From the NCBI GenBank assembly GCA_022451865.1, contig JAKUNM010000001.1, positions 4,733 through 68,732 on the forward strand: 64,000 nt of DNA. The letters run 5' to 3'. This document shows positions 42,266-51,789 of this stretch, piece after piece. Source of the stretch: Dehalococcoidia bacterium. GTDB lineage: Bacteria > Chloroflexota > Dehalococcoidia > UBA2979. Position 1 is the first letter of the stretch; each line of letters opens with the position of its first letter. The position numbers and the translations under genes are program-made. The notes beneath the pieces are model-generated. The model was given only the letters and a program-made list of their open reading frames with translations, ran no database searches and was not told where the DNA came from.

Positions 42266-43729
42266 TTAGTTTAGTTTATCCAGTGTAGTTAATATCAAGT
42301 TATTTGTTGTATTAGGGTCTGCACGTCCTTTTGTTTCACGCATTACCTGACCAACCAAAAATTTGACCGCACTATCTTTTCCTTGTTTGTAGTCACTTAC
42401 AGCTTTAGGATTTGCATCAATAATATTGTCGATTACGACTTGGATAGCATCTCCCTCAGTGACTTGCCCCAACCCCTTTTCTTCAATAATTTGCTCTGGA
42501 GTTGTGCCAGTTTCGAATGCAAATTCCAACACGTCTTTTGCCGTACTCGCAGTGATTTTTTTGCTGTCCACCAACAAAACTAGGGATGCTATATGTGCAG
42601 GTGTAATCCCTGTATCGACTAGTTCAGCATCTGCCCGCCCCATTGTATTAATTTTTCCAGCTACATCTCCGATAAACCAGTTAGCTACTAGTTTCGCTAA
42701 GCGATTTTCTTTGACAAGTTTGACAGTTTCTTCAAAATCTTCAGCACGTTGTTTTGTTTCTGTAAGCACTTTTGATTGAAGTGGTGGGATTGCATAAGTT
42801 GATTCAAAGCGTTGCTGCTTTTCTATAGGTAGCTCAGGTAGATCTGATTTTATTTGTTCAACTTGATGACGAGAAATTTTCAATGGAGGTAAATCTGGTT
42901 CAGGAAAATAGCGATAGTCATTGGCTTCTTCTTTTGACCTTTGTGATACTGTTTCACCAAGAGCATCTACATATCCTCTTGTTTCCTGAATAATACGTTC
43001 CCCAGCATCAAGAAGTTTTGATTGTCTTTTAATTTCGTATTCAATCGCTCTTTGTACAGAGCGGAAAGAATTCATATTTTTTACTTCTACTTTATTGCCG
43101 AGTTTCGACTCTCCTCTTGGCTTTAAAGATACATTAGCATCACAACGAAAAGATCCTTTTTCCATATCCGCATCAGATACTTCGATATAGCGAAAAATTT
43201 GTCGTAGTGATCTTAGAAAATTCGCAGCAGCTTCTGCTGAACGAATATCTGGATGTGTCACTAATTCCATTAAGGGGACACCAGCTCTATTAAAATCGAT
43301 TAATGAGTACTCTTCTATGCCATCATTTCGATGGATAAGTCTTCCAGTATCTTCTTCAAGGTGGATACGTTCAATTCGTATTGATTGCTTTCCATTAGAT
43401 GTGTCAACATCAAGTTGGCCGTCGATACAAAAAGGCATGTCATATTGTGTGATCTGGTAGCCTTTAGGCAGATCAGGATATGGATAATTTTTACGATCGA
43501 ACTTTGCATTTTCTGGGATTGTACATCCTAAAGCTAAGCCTGTACGTATAGTAAGTGCTACGGCCTCTCTATTAATTACTGGTAAAGTACCAGGTAAACC
43601 TAACGTAACTGGATCAATTAAAGTATTAGGTGGTTCATCAAAATAGTCACGTGGACAATCTGAAAACATCTTCGACTTAGTTTTTAATTGACAGTGTACC
43701 TCTAGGCCAATAACAGCTTCGTATTGCAT
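42266..43729 (-). CDS. gatB: Asp/Glu-tRNA amidotransferase subunit B
   Basis: VIGLEVH, FDRKNYPYPDLPKGYQITQ, HLEED, RCDANVS and YRYFPEPDL motifs. Confidence 0.97.
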   Translation of the reverse strand: MQYEAVIGLEVHCQLKTKSKMFSDCPRDYFDEPPNTLIDPVTLGLPGTLPVINREAVALTIRTGLALGCTIPENAKFDRKNYPYPDLPKGYQITQYDMPFCIDGQLDVDTSNGKQSIRIERIHLEEDTGRLIHRNDGIEEYSLIDFNRAGVPLMELVTHPDIRSAEAAANFLRSLRQIFRYIEVSDADMEKGSFRCDANVSLKPRGESKLGNKVEVKNMNSFRSVQRAIEYEIKRQSKLLDAGERIIQETRGYVDALGETVSQRSKEEANDYRYFPEPDLPPLKISRHQVEQIKSDLPELPIEKQQRFESTYAIPPLQSKVLTETKQRAEDFEETVKLVKENRLAKLVANWFIGDVAGKINTMGRADAELVDTGITPAHIASLVLLVDSKKITASTAKDVLEFAFETGTTPEQIIEEKGLGQVTEGDAIQVVIDNIIDANPKAVSDYKQGKDSAVKFLVGQVMRETKGRADPNTTNNLILTTLDKLN

Positions 43730-43859
43730 ATTTACACTCTCTCACTAATTACCAGCAAAAAAAACTATTTTACTAATTAATAATGGTTCTTCTACAACGT
43801 TTTATTAATGTATGATTTCAGAAATATTTTAAGTGTGGTTTACTAATTGAACAATATGA

Positions 43860-45056
43860 ATGGGAATGAGTATGAACCAATCAGTAAAAGCTCTCGATGA
43901 TCTAGTTATTCTTGATCTCTCAACTTCTATTGCTGCCGCTTGGTGTACTAGGCTATTTGCTGATTTCGGAGCAAAAGTGGTAGTGATAGAACCTCCAGAA
44001 GGAAATTCTCTTAGACATTTAGTCTCCAACGATTCTGAAGGCTCTAATTTGCTTACAGATCATCTTTTATCGAATAAAAAATCTCTACAATTAGATATTG
44101 AAAGTACGGATGGGAGGGTTCTTTTTTTAGATTTGATTGATAAATGTGACGTCATTGTTGAAAGCTCTGTGCCAAGTCAATTAGAAAAATACGGGTTGGG
44201 ATTTAATGATCTGCATGATTCTTTCCCTGATTTGGTAGTACTTTCTGTAACTCCTTATGGTCAGGCAAACGAATATAGTTTTGCGCCTGCTAATAGTTTA
44301 GCGATTGCAGCACGTTCAGGGTGGGCATCCATTAATGGATTCGAAGAGAAAGGGCCTCTTTCTACAAGCAGTAATCAATCAGCATATTGTGCAGGTGTTC
44401 TTGCGTACGGCGCTACTCTCGCTGCAATATTTAGTGCGAGACAAGAGTCTGGGAGTGGTCAATATATTGATATTTCTGAATTCGAGGTTATGGTTTCGAA
44501 TTTTGCTCCACCTGCACTCTCCTCAGAATATAGTGGCAACATAACTAAACAAAAAAGCATGCATGAGACAAATCTTCTCGCAGGACCTGTTCCAGTTCAA
44601 GATGGTCATTTTGCTCTTACTCTAAGTAGGGCACATTTTTTTAGAGATGCGATGATGGTTTTAGGTTTGGAAGATTTAGCTGAAAATCTTGATTTACATG
44701 AAACGTGGTATCGAATGGCACATAAAGACTTATGGATGGGTAGAGTTCAAGATGCAATGAGTGAGTGGACACGCGAAGAATTATTTGACGAACTTGCCTT
44801 GCGGAGAGTAGTGGCAGGACCAGTGTTGAAGATGGATGAACTTGTAGAGAATGTTCATCTTCAAGAACGAGGCTTTTGGAATCTTTTGCGAGATGATCCA
44901 TTGCAGGTATTAAGACCTGGTGCACCATTTAAGTTATCTGAAACACCGTGGGTACTTGCTCATAAGGCACCTGATATTGGTCAACACAATGAAGAATTAA
45001 CGCATATGATTCTTCATTCTTCTAATGCCATTAAATCACACGATGGAGGAATCTAA
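43860..45056 (+). CDS. Family III (CaiB/BaiF) CoA-transferase subunit, catalytic Asp apparently absent
   Basis: DFGAKVVVIEPPEG, NKKS, TPYGQ, GSGQYIDIS and AP.IGQHN motifs. Confidence 0.88.
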   Translation: MGMSMNQSVKALDDLVILDLSTSIAAAWCTRLFADFGAKVVVIEPPEGNSLRHLVSNDSEGSNLLTDHLLSNKKSLQLDIESTDGRVLFLDLIDKCDVIVESSVPSQLEKYGLGFNDLHDSFPDLVVLSVTPYGQANEYSFAPANSLAIAARSGWASINGFEEKGPLSTSSNQSAYCAGVLAYGATLAAIFSARQESGSGQYIDISEFEVMVSNFAPPALSSEYSGNITKQKSMHETNLLAGPVPVQDGHFALTLSRAHFFRDAMMVLGLEDLAENLDLHETWYRMAHKDLWMGRVQDAMSEWTREELFDELALRRVVAGPVLKMDELVENVHLQERGFWNLLRDDPLQVLRPGAPFKLSETPWVLAHKAPDIGQHNEELTHMILHSSNAIKSHDGGI

Positions 45057-46318
45057 TGTCAGGACCTCTAAAAGGAATTCGTGGAATTGTTCTAACTCAA
45101 GCATGGGCTGGCAGTTACTGTACAGAACTTTTTGCGATGGCTGGAGCTGACATCGTACAACTAGAGGTTCGTAAACGTCCCGATTCTTGGAGAGGAACGT
45201 ACACAGCTCCGATGTCAGAATCTATGAATAAAATATCCACTGCAAGGCATGTCTGGAATATCAATTCAAATTTTAATGCTGTTAATCTTGGGAAAAGATC
45301 CTTTACATTAGATTTATCGCGTGATGAAGGCGTGGATATTTTTAAATCTTTAATTAAGCACGCAGATTTTGTTGCTGAAAATTTCTCTCCTCGTGTAATG
45401 GGTAACTTAGGTTTTTCATATGAAGAATTATGTGAGATTAAACCTGATATTATTTTGGCTAGTCTTTCTGCATATGGCCATGATGGACCATGGTGTAATG
45501 TTCCAGGGATTGGAGGAACAGTAGAACCTACTTCCGGTATGTCTGCTTTATTAGGTTATGGAGATGGTGTGCCTATTAATTCAGGTGTTATGTATCCAGA
45601 TGCAGTTGCAGGTCTTTATGGATTTTCTGGCCTTTTGACTGCATTACACTATCGTAATCGTACTGGTAAGGGTCAGTTTGTTGATTTATCTATGCAGGAA
45701 GCTAATTTGGCTAATATTGGTGAAGCTGCATTAGAGTACACCTATACAAAGCAAGTCCCTAATGCGATAGGAAATCGTCATAAAATTTATGCTCCACACG
45801 GAATATTTCCTTGTGCCGATGGTGTTGAAGGGAATAAAAAGTGGATTGCTATTGCTGCTGAAAATGATACGCAATGGCTGGCACTGTGTGAAATCTCAGG
45901 TATGTCATGGGCGAGCAATTCGAAATTTAGCAATAATGTTTTACGTAAGGAAAACGAGGATGAACTTAATCAAGAAATTTCTTTATGGACTCGAGGACAA
46001 GATCGAGATTTACTTTCGGACTTTTTAAGTTCAAAAGGTGTGATAGCAGCCCCTGTCTTAAATGCAAAAGAATTATTAAACGATCACGTTCTACGTTCAC
46101 GTGGTGTTATTGTCGAGTTAGATCATCCAGAAGTAGGAAAAAAAGCTCAAATTGGAGCCCCCTTTCATTTTTCCCAAGACAAAATATCAGTAGAACGTCC
46201 ATCTCCTTTACAAGGAGAGCACTCGTTCGAAGTTTTTTCAGAGCTTTTAGGAATGGATCGTGATGAATATGAAAAGTTAGTCGCAGAAAATATTTCAGGG
46301 GAAGGACCACCGAAATGA
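45056..46318 (+). CDS. Family III (CaiB/BaiF) CoA-transferase subunit with catalytic Asp
   Basis: QAWAGS, NLGKRS, ENFSP, YPDAVAG and GKGQFVDLSM motifs. Confidence 0.9.
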   Translation: MSGPLKGIRGIVLTQAWAGSYCTELFAMAGADIVQLEVRKRPDSWRGTYTAPMSESMNKISTARHVWNINSNFNAVNLGKRSFTLDLSRDEGVDIFKSLIKHADFVAENFSPRVMGNLGFSYEELCEIKPDIILASLSAYGHDGPWCNVPGIGGTVEPTSGMSALLGYGDGVPINSGVMYPDAVAGLYGFSGLLTALHYRNRTGKGQFVDLSMQEANLANIGEAALEYTYTKQVPNAIGNRHKIYAPHGIFPCADGVEGNKKWIAIAAENDTQWLALCEISGMSWASNSKFSNNVLRKENEDELNQEISLWTRGQDRDLLSDFLSSKGVIAAPVLNAKELLNDHVLRSRGVIVELDHPEVGKKAQIGAPFHFSQDKISVERPSPLQGEHSFEVFSELLGMDRDEYEKLVAENISGEGPPK

Positions 46319-47157
46319 AAGATTTTGAACAAATTCGATATGTCGAGGAAGATCACGTTGCTCGTATAATTCTTGATCGCCCAAATTATCGCAATGCTCA
46401 GAGTAGAAAACTTCTTGAAGAAATGGATGAAGCTTTTGACTTAGCTGTTGATAATAGAAAAATTCGAATGATAGTTCTTTCTGGTGAAGGGCATTCTTTT
46501 TCAGCAGGTCATGATTTAGGTACTCCTGAAAACATTGCAGATCAAGAAAACCGTCCCTATGAAGAAGGGATGAGAGGTATATATAAAAGATCTACAGCTC
46601 AGAATGTCACTAATACATTGCGTTGGAGGAATATTCCCAAACCAACTATGGCTATAGTACATGGGTACTGCATATTTGGTGGCTGGATGATTGCATCTGC
46701 GATGGATCTAATTTTTGCTGCTGATGATGCTATGTTCTTAGGGACTAACTTTCAATATTTTTCACCTCCGTGGGATATCCATCCCCGAAAAGTAAAGGAA
46801 ATTTTCTTTGAAAGTCGATTTATTGATGGTAAAGAAGCTCATGAACTTGGCCTAGTTAATAGGGTTTACCCTCAGGAAATCTTAGAAAAAGAGGCTATGT
46901 CTTATGCACATCGTGTTGCGGAAAACGATGAATTTCAACTTCGTCTTATTAAACTAGCAGTAAATCGTGCTCAGGATAATCAAGGATTCACAGAACATAT
47001 TAATGATGCTCACTTACTTCATTTATTAAGTAGTCAAGCTGAGAAAGATCCTGATTTTGCATTGCAGAAGCCAGACATGCGTCGAAGACCAATGGTTCAA
47101 CGTGCGGTTGAAAACTATGAGTTACATAAAAAAAATAATTTGCAAAAAGAAGAGTAA
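46315..47157 (+). CDS. Enoyl-CoA hydratase/isomerase (crotonase) family protein
   Basis: LDRPNYRNA, FSAGHDL, PKPTMAIVHGYCIFGG and GLVNRV motifs. Confidence 0.9.
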   Translation: MKDFEQIRYVEEDHVARIILDRPNYRNAQSRKLLEEMDEAFDLAVDNRKIRMIVLSGEGHSFSAGHDLGTPENIADQENRPYEEGMRGIYKRSTAQNVTNTLRWRNIPKPTMAIVHGYCIFGGWMIASAMDLIFAADDAMFLGTNFQYFSPPWDIHPRKVKEIFFESRFIDGKEAHELGLVNRVYPQEILEKEAMSYAHRVAENDEFQLRLIKLAVNRAQDNQGFTEHINDAHLLHLLSSQAEKDPDFALQKPDMRRRPMVQRAVENYELHKKNNLQKEE

Positions 47158-47161
47158 TTAT

Positions 47162-49594
47162 CTATTTGATAGTTTTTATTATGCCTGCTGAAGACCATTT
47201 TTCGATATCTTTTTTGGTTGAACCAACTAGTTGATTTAGTATTTCTTCAGTATGCTCTCCGAAGCGTGGCGCAGGTTGAATGTTCTGAACAGGTCTTCTT
47301 TTGTATCGCCATACAGGTCTTGTAGTTATCTGTTCTCCAGTCTCAATATGTTTATATGTCATGAAAGCTAAGCGGTCTTTTAAATGTTTGTCATATTTTA
47401 GCTGCAATGGTGACAGGACTGGTGAAGCAGCGATCCCTAGTGATTGTAATTGCTCTGCAAGTTCTTCAGCATGTTTTTCCCTAATCCAAGGTTTAATTAT
47501 TTTTTCAATTTTTTCTTTATTACTTACTCGAGCAGCTTTTGATGTAAATTCTGGTGTTAGAAGATTTTTGTCTTCAATCAAAGAACAAAACGAAATCCAT
47601 TTTGTGTCATCATTAATTTCAAAGGCTATATAAGTATCTACAATTTCATTTAAGATAGAGCCGTCTGAGTCCGTTTGATAGCGCGGGATGCTATCTTGTG
47701 TTTGATAGACTCCTGATGGCACATCTTGATAGTTATTATTTCCTTCACGATGTGGCAGGGGGTTACCGATTGATTCTGCAACAATATATTCACCTATTAA
47801 TCCAATAATGCCATCTCTTTGCGGTATAACGATGTGGCAACCTTGGTCTAGAGATTCTTTCCGATGAAGTGCAATTGCGATAGCGGCTGCTGCAGTTGTT
47901 CCAGCTATGGGGTCACCATAAGAGATTCCACTTTTATGAGGTTCTTTGGAATCGTAGCCTTGCAACCAAACCAAACCTCCCATTTGTTCGATGCCTGGTC
48001 CGTATCCTACACGATTTGCATCAGATCCTTCATGTCCAAAGCCAGGCATCGATACATATATTATAGAAGGATTTATTGCTTTAACTTTTTCATAATCTAA
48101 TCCAAGTCTGACTGCTACTCCTGAGCTCCAATTTTCTACAAATATATCAGCTGATGAAAGAAGTTTTAGAATAGCCTCTTTACCTATTGTTGATTTTAAG
48201 TCAATAACTAGACTTCGTTTATTGCGATTATATTCATTAAAGTATGCACTTTGATTAATTTCATTATCACTTAAACTTCCTCCCACTCCACGTACAGAGT
48301 CAGGAAAGTCAGGTCCTTCTATTTTTATTACGTCTGCGCCCATATCTCCAAGATAACGACAAGCATATGGACCAGCCCAAATTTGAGTAACATCGATTAC
48401 TCTCATACCTTCTAGAGGCATATCCGGAGAATGAATGTCATCTTTCTTGTCAATTTCTATAGAATTAACTGTTGAAGAAAATATATTACGAATACTTTCG
48501 GAATCTTCATTGACTAAAGGTGCACGCTTTTGGAATCCTCTATTCCCATCAAAAATAATTGGACCTGCAGGTAGAAGATGTTTGCCCAGTGTAGGATGTT
48601 CCACTTCATGCCAGAAATTAATTTCTTTTAGATTGTTTGAGTTAATTAACTCGTTGGGTGACATGATTTTTGTGAAAGGTGTTCGATGTTTTTGGGCAGT
48701 TTCAAAAATTTCATTTGAGCTGCGGATGCTTGTCCATTCTCTTATAATTTCGAATAGCACATCATTTGTATTAGGCTCCCAAGCATTTTCAAAGAATGGA
48801 TCTTCTTTGAATTCTGATTTACCTATACAGTCATAAATCGAAAAGCCTTGTCGAGGCATACCTGCTAGACCTATGAAGCCATCTTTAGTTGGATGTATTC
48901 CCCAGGTAGCTCGCGGTGAATTGCCTGTTCTTGTAGCATCACTGTCTCTAACTAATGCTGCTGGCCCTGCACCTTCTAATGTGGCATTTTGAACTTCTTG
49001 GAGCGAGAGATCAATGTAATCACCAAGTCCACTTCTTTTTGCTGCGACTAATGCCATTGAGATAGCAGCAAAGGCATGTAAACCACCTTGGTAATAAGCC
49101 TGATGTCCTACAGGTTTAAGCGGTTCCTGATCAGGTTCTCCGCACAAACTCATTTCTCCACCAGAAGCGGCGGCAGTCAGAGATGTTGCACTCCAGAGTG
49201 CATGTCTACCATATTGTCCATATGGAGTGATTGAACAAGTGACTATCTGTTTTTTTTTATTTATCAATTCTGAGGGATCGATTCCGTATGATGATAATTG
49301 CCCCGGGGCATATGATTCAATTAGTACATCAGAATCGAGAATTATCTGTTCTAATAATTCTCGATCGACCTTTAATTCTAGATTAATAGAAATTGATTTT
49401 TTACCACTATGCAAGTAAGCACCAAGTATGTTTGTATTTGGATCATATGAATTTGCATCGGATATATTTCGAATATTGTCTCCAAAAGATGTTTCGACAA
49501 GTATTACTTCTGCACCATATGTTGCAAATAATTTTCCGGCGAATGCACCTGAAATATCATTTGCGAGTTCTACAACTTTAATTCTATCGAGCAT
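47162..49594 (-). CDS. Fused double-domain family III CoA-transferase
   Basis: Two tandem CaiB modules (GKKS/TPYGQ and WAGP/NRNKRS/YGDPIAG/APRFGEHT). Confidence 0.9.
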   Translation of the reverse strand: MLDRIKVVELANDISGAFAGKLFATYGAEVILVETSFGDNIRNISDANSYDPNTNILGAYLHSGKKSISINLELKVDRELLEQIILDSDVLIESYAPGQLSSYGIDPSELINKKKQIVTCSITPYGQYGRHALWSATSLTAAASGGEMSLCGEPDQEPLKPVGHQAYYQGGLHAFAAISMALVAAKRSGLGDYIDLSLQEVQNATLEGAGPAALVRDSDATRTGNSPRATWGIHPTKDGFIGLAGMPRQGFSIYDCIGKSEFKEDPFFENAWEPNTNDVLFEIIREWTSIRSSNEIFETAQKHRTPFTKIMSPNELINSNNLKEINFWHEVEHPTLGKHLLPAGPIIFDGNRGFQKRAPLVNEDSESIRNIFSSTVNSIEIDKKDDIHSPDMPLEGMRVIDVTQIWAGPYACRYLGDMGADVIKIEGPDFPDSVRGVGGSLSDNEINQSAYFNEYNRNKRSLVIDLKSTIGKEAILKLLSSADIFVENWSSGVAVRLGLDYEKVKAINPSIIYVSMPGFGHEGSDANRVGYGPGIEQMGGLVWLQGYDSKEPHKSGISYGDPIAGTTAAAAIAIALHRKESLDQGCHIVIPQRDGIIGLIGEYIVAESIGNPLPHREGNNNYQDVPSGVYQTQDSIPRYQTDSDGSILNEIVDTYIAFEINDDTKWISFCSLIEDKNLLTPEFTSKAARVSNKEKIEKIIKPWIREKHAEELAEQLQSLGIAASPVLSPLQLKYDKHLKDRLAFMTYKHIETGEQITTRPVWRYKRRPVQNIQPAPRFGEHTEEILNQLVGSTKKDIEKWSSAGIIKTIK

Positions 49595-49628
49595 CTGAAT
49601 ATTTTATGGCTACCTGTTTTAGGACTAT

Positions 49629-50060
49629 CTAGATAAGTTTTGATGCATTATCGATAAATACTTGTAGGCTGGGGTTGTAACGGAAAAATAAGTCAGCCTT
49701 AAAACCATCTTCCATTAAGTTTTTATGGATTTCCTCTTCCAATCTCAAATCAAGAGTATTAAGTGTCCATTCACCTGTTGCATGTCCATTCTCAGAAATA
49801 TTTTCTAGCATTTCATCCCAAATATTAGTAGGCATTTCTACTACAACATCGACATCACGAAGTTCATCATCATTAATTTGATGAATATTGTTGATATCTA
49901 GGACATCAAAATTACAACTAATATTAGTCTTACCATATTTGAAGGCAATCAAGGCATTCAAGCGTCCATAACGTCGATAATTTTCATCTTCTACAGTTAT
50001 GTCTGCTAATTTCTGAAACCATTCAACGGAAGGAAACCTTTCTAAATTACTTGCCATCAT
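49629..50060 (-). CDS. Hypothetical protein, SCP2 (sterol-carrier)-like
   Basis: FPSVEWF N-terminus and a beta-rich core with D..V.M...W, reminiscent of SCP2 folds; AGGAGG RBS. Confidence 0.55.
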   Translation of the reverse strand: MMASNLERFPSVEWFQKLADITVEDENYRRYGRLNALIAFKYGKTNISCNFDVLDINNIHQINDDELRDVDVVVEMPTNIWDEMLENISENGHATGEWTLNTLDLRLEEEIHKNLMEDGFKADLFFRYNPSLQVFIDNASKLI

Positions 50061-50073
50061 GTCCTCCTAAAAG

Positions 50074-50376
50074 TTAAAAATCTATCGGTTTTCCAGGATC
50101 TTCAGCAACATCAAACGGAGTCATTTTTGCGAGATGTCTCATTGGTTCCGCTTCCGGTGTTTGTGCCATTCTGTCTTCTACCATGCGTTTGTACATAGGA
50201 TCTAAAGATCTTAATGCATCTATTTCATTTCTTGAAAGAGAAAAAGAGGTAGGGATCTTTCGGATTTTGGGACTTGAACATGCAATACATTCCTCTGGTT
50301 CTGGTGATTGTGACCCGCGAACCAATTTTTCAAATTGTTCATTACAAATTTCACAGCGATAAGCAAATAACGGCAT
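50074..50376 (-). CDS. FmdB-family zinc-ribbon protein
   Basis: MPLFAYRCEIC..FE..CIACSS..S.F pattern. Confidence 0.85.
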   Translation of the reverse strand: MPLFAYRCEICNEQFEKLVRGSQSPEPEECIACSSPKIRKIPTSFSLSRNEIDALRSLDPMYKRMVEDRMAQTPEAEPMRHLAKMTPFDVAEDPGKPIDF

Positions 50377-50379
50377 ATA

Positions 50380-51450
50380 TTATTCTGAAGCTCCAACATC
50401 TTCTGCAATTAATTCCTGCATTGGGTTTGGTATTTTATTAGTCCTATCGATGCCTGCCGTTTTTAAGTATTGCAGATAATCATGGATCCAATCTTTTTTT
50501 AATTTTTCTACGATTGACATTCCTGAATCAATATTGCGAACTCCTCTACCAAATATGACTGCTAAAGCTTCCCAAAGAACATGATCTCTTGTTTCATCAA
50601 GTTGTACTAGTTCCACTCGTGTTAGCCATTCTCCCAGAGTTTCTCGAAGTGCTGGCACTTGGCTGATAGCAAATCGGATATGATCTACTGCATATGCTAT
50701 AGAGCGTGTTCGATCTGATAGTATCCTCCATGCAAGTATTCTGTCAGCCTCTGTCGGTCCATAGACTGATAGATATCGTAGGATGTTTTTTTGGAAAGAT
50801 CCTCGCATGATATACTGAGCTAGTACTGTCTCTGACCAACCTGCGTAAGATTCATAGATGAGCCGGTTTAGCTTCCCTGGACTTTCAAAAAGCATCCCTC
50901 CGCCATTCACCATTGCTCGTTTTCTGTAGCCATCAAACATACGCGCTGAATCGAAAATGGCGGTAGAAAGATAGATCTTAACTTCATGGTAACCTGGGCT
51001 TAAATTTTGTAACCATCCAGAAATTACCTCAGATTCTACAGATGCTTGTTGACATAATTCTGTAGCGACTTGGCATATAGCTAGTTCTATATCTTCCGGG
51101 ATTTCATTTATTGATTCCCAAGGTATTTCAGTGGCAGTTGACCAACGTCTACTAATTGTTTCTTCATAAAGTAAACCGGCTACATCTGCCCATTGTTCAT
51201 ATTTATCTTGAAGATAGTAACCTCCAATATTCCCTACATCTACAGGCCATGCACCCCGTGGTCGACGGTTTCTATAATGAATGCGGTCTGGGATGTCTGC
51301 ATATACGCCAATATTAATTGCATCAATAGTTAGTCCACCTCCATTCAATTCAGGTCGCGCACGTGTTCCCCAACCCAGAGTTTTATCCATCCAACTGAGA
51401 TCATTCGTTTGAGTTTCTTCTGTAGGTATTGCATCAGGTTGTTGAACCAT
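50380..51450 (-). CDS. Ferritin-like (di-iron fold) protein with degenerate metal ligands
   Basis: LYEE...RRW....IPW, HEVK.YL and RKRA..NGGG recall ferritin-like proteins; DSARM and DRTRS sit where DExxH motifs are expected. Confidence 0.65.
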   Translation of the reverse strand: MVQQPDAIPTEETQTNDLSWMDKTLGWGTRARPELNGGGLTIDAINIGVYADIPDRIHYRNRRPRGAWPVDVGNIGGYYLQDKYEQWADVAGLLYEETISRRWSTATEIPWESINEIPEDIELAICQVATELCQQASVESEVISGWLQNLSPGYHEVKIYLSTAIFDSARMFDGYRKRAMVNGGGMLFESPGKLNRLIYESYAGWSETVLAQYIMRGSFQKNILRYLSVYGPTEADRILAWRILSDRTRSIAYAVDHIRFAISQVPALRETLGEWLTRVELVQLDETRDHVLWEALAVIFGRGVRNIDSGMSIVEKLKKDWIHDYLQYLKTAGIDRTNKIPNPMQELIAEDVGASE

Positions 51451-51551
51451 AAAATTATGCTTTCGAATTGATACCGTAATGGCGGTAGTGTACTGGTTCT
51501 GAAGTAACTAGCATAGTGGTCAATGATGGGAAAAATAGAATTAACTGTATT

Positions 51552-51639
51552 TGGTGCCGGGAGAGGGACTCGAACCCTCACGAGATTATATCTCGGCAGA
51601 TTTTAAGTCTGCTGCGTCTGCCTATTCCGCCATCCCGGC
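51552..51639 (-). tRNA. tRNA-Leu (anticodon TAA)
   Basis: GCCGGGA...TCCCGGC acceptor stem with ACCA end, GCAGA-CTTAAAA-TCTGC anticodon arm, long variable arm and GTTCGAGTC T-loop. Confidence 0.96.
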
Positions 51640-51789
51640 AATAACCTGAATAAAACATTTTCCCAATTGTTCTCTAGAGTGCAACGATTGAGAAAATTAA
51701 TTCTTGAGGTGTTATCCTGTCTCATCGTACACTGTTTGTCTACCTCTCCAAAATCTTCTCCCCAAAAGGTGATTTTTTTGGCAAAAAAT

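Noticed and set aside
43800..51552. Integrative island at the 3' end of tRNA-Leu
   Set aside because: No integrase, no duplicated tRNA 3' end (att) that I could see, and no obvious change in base composition.
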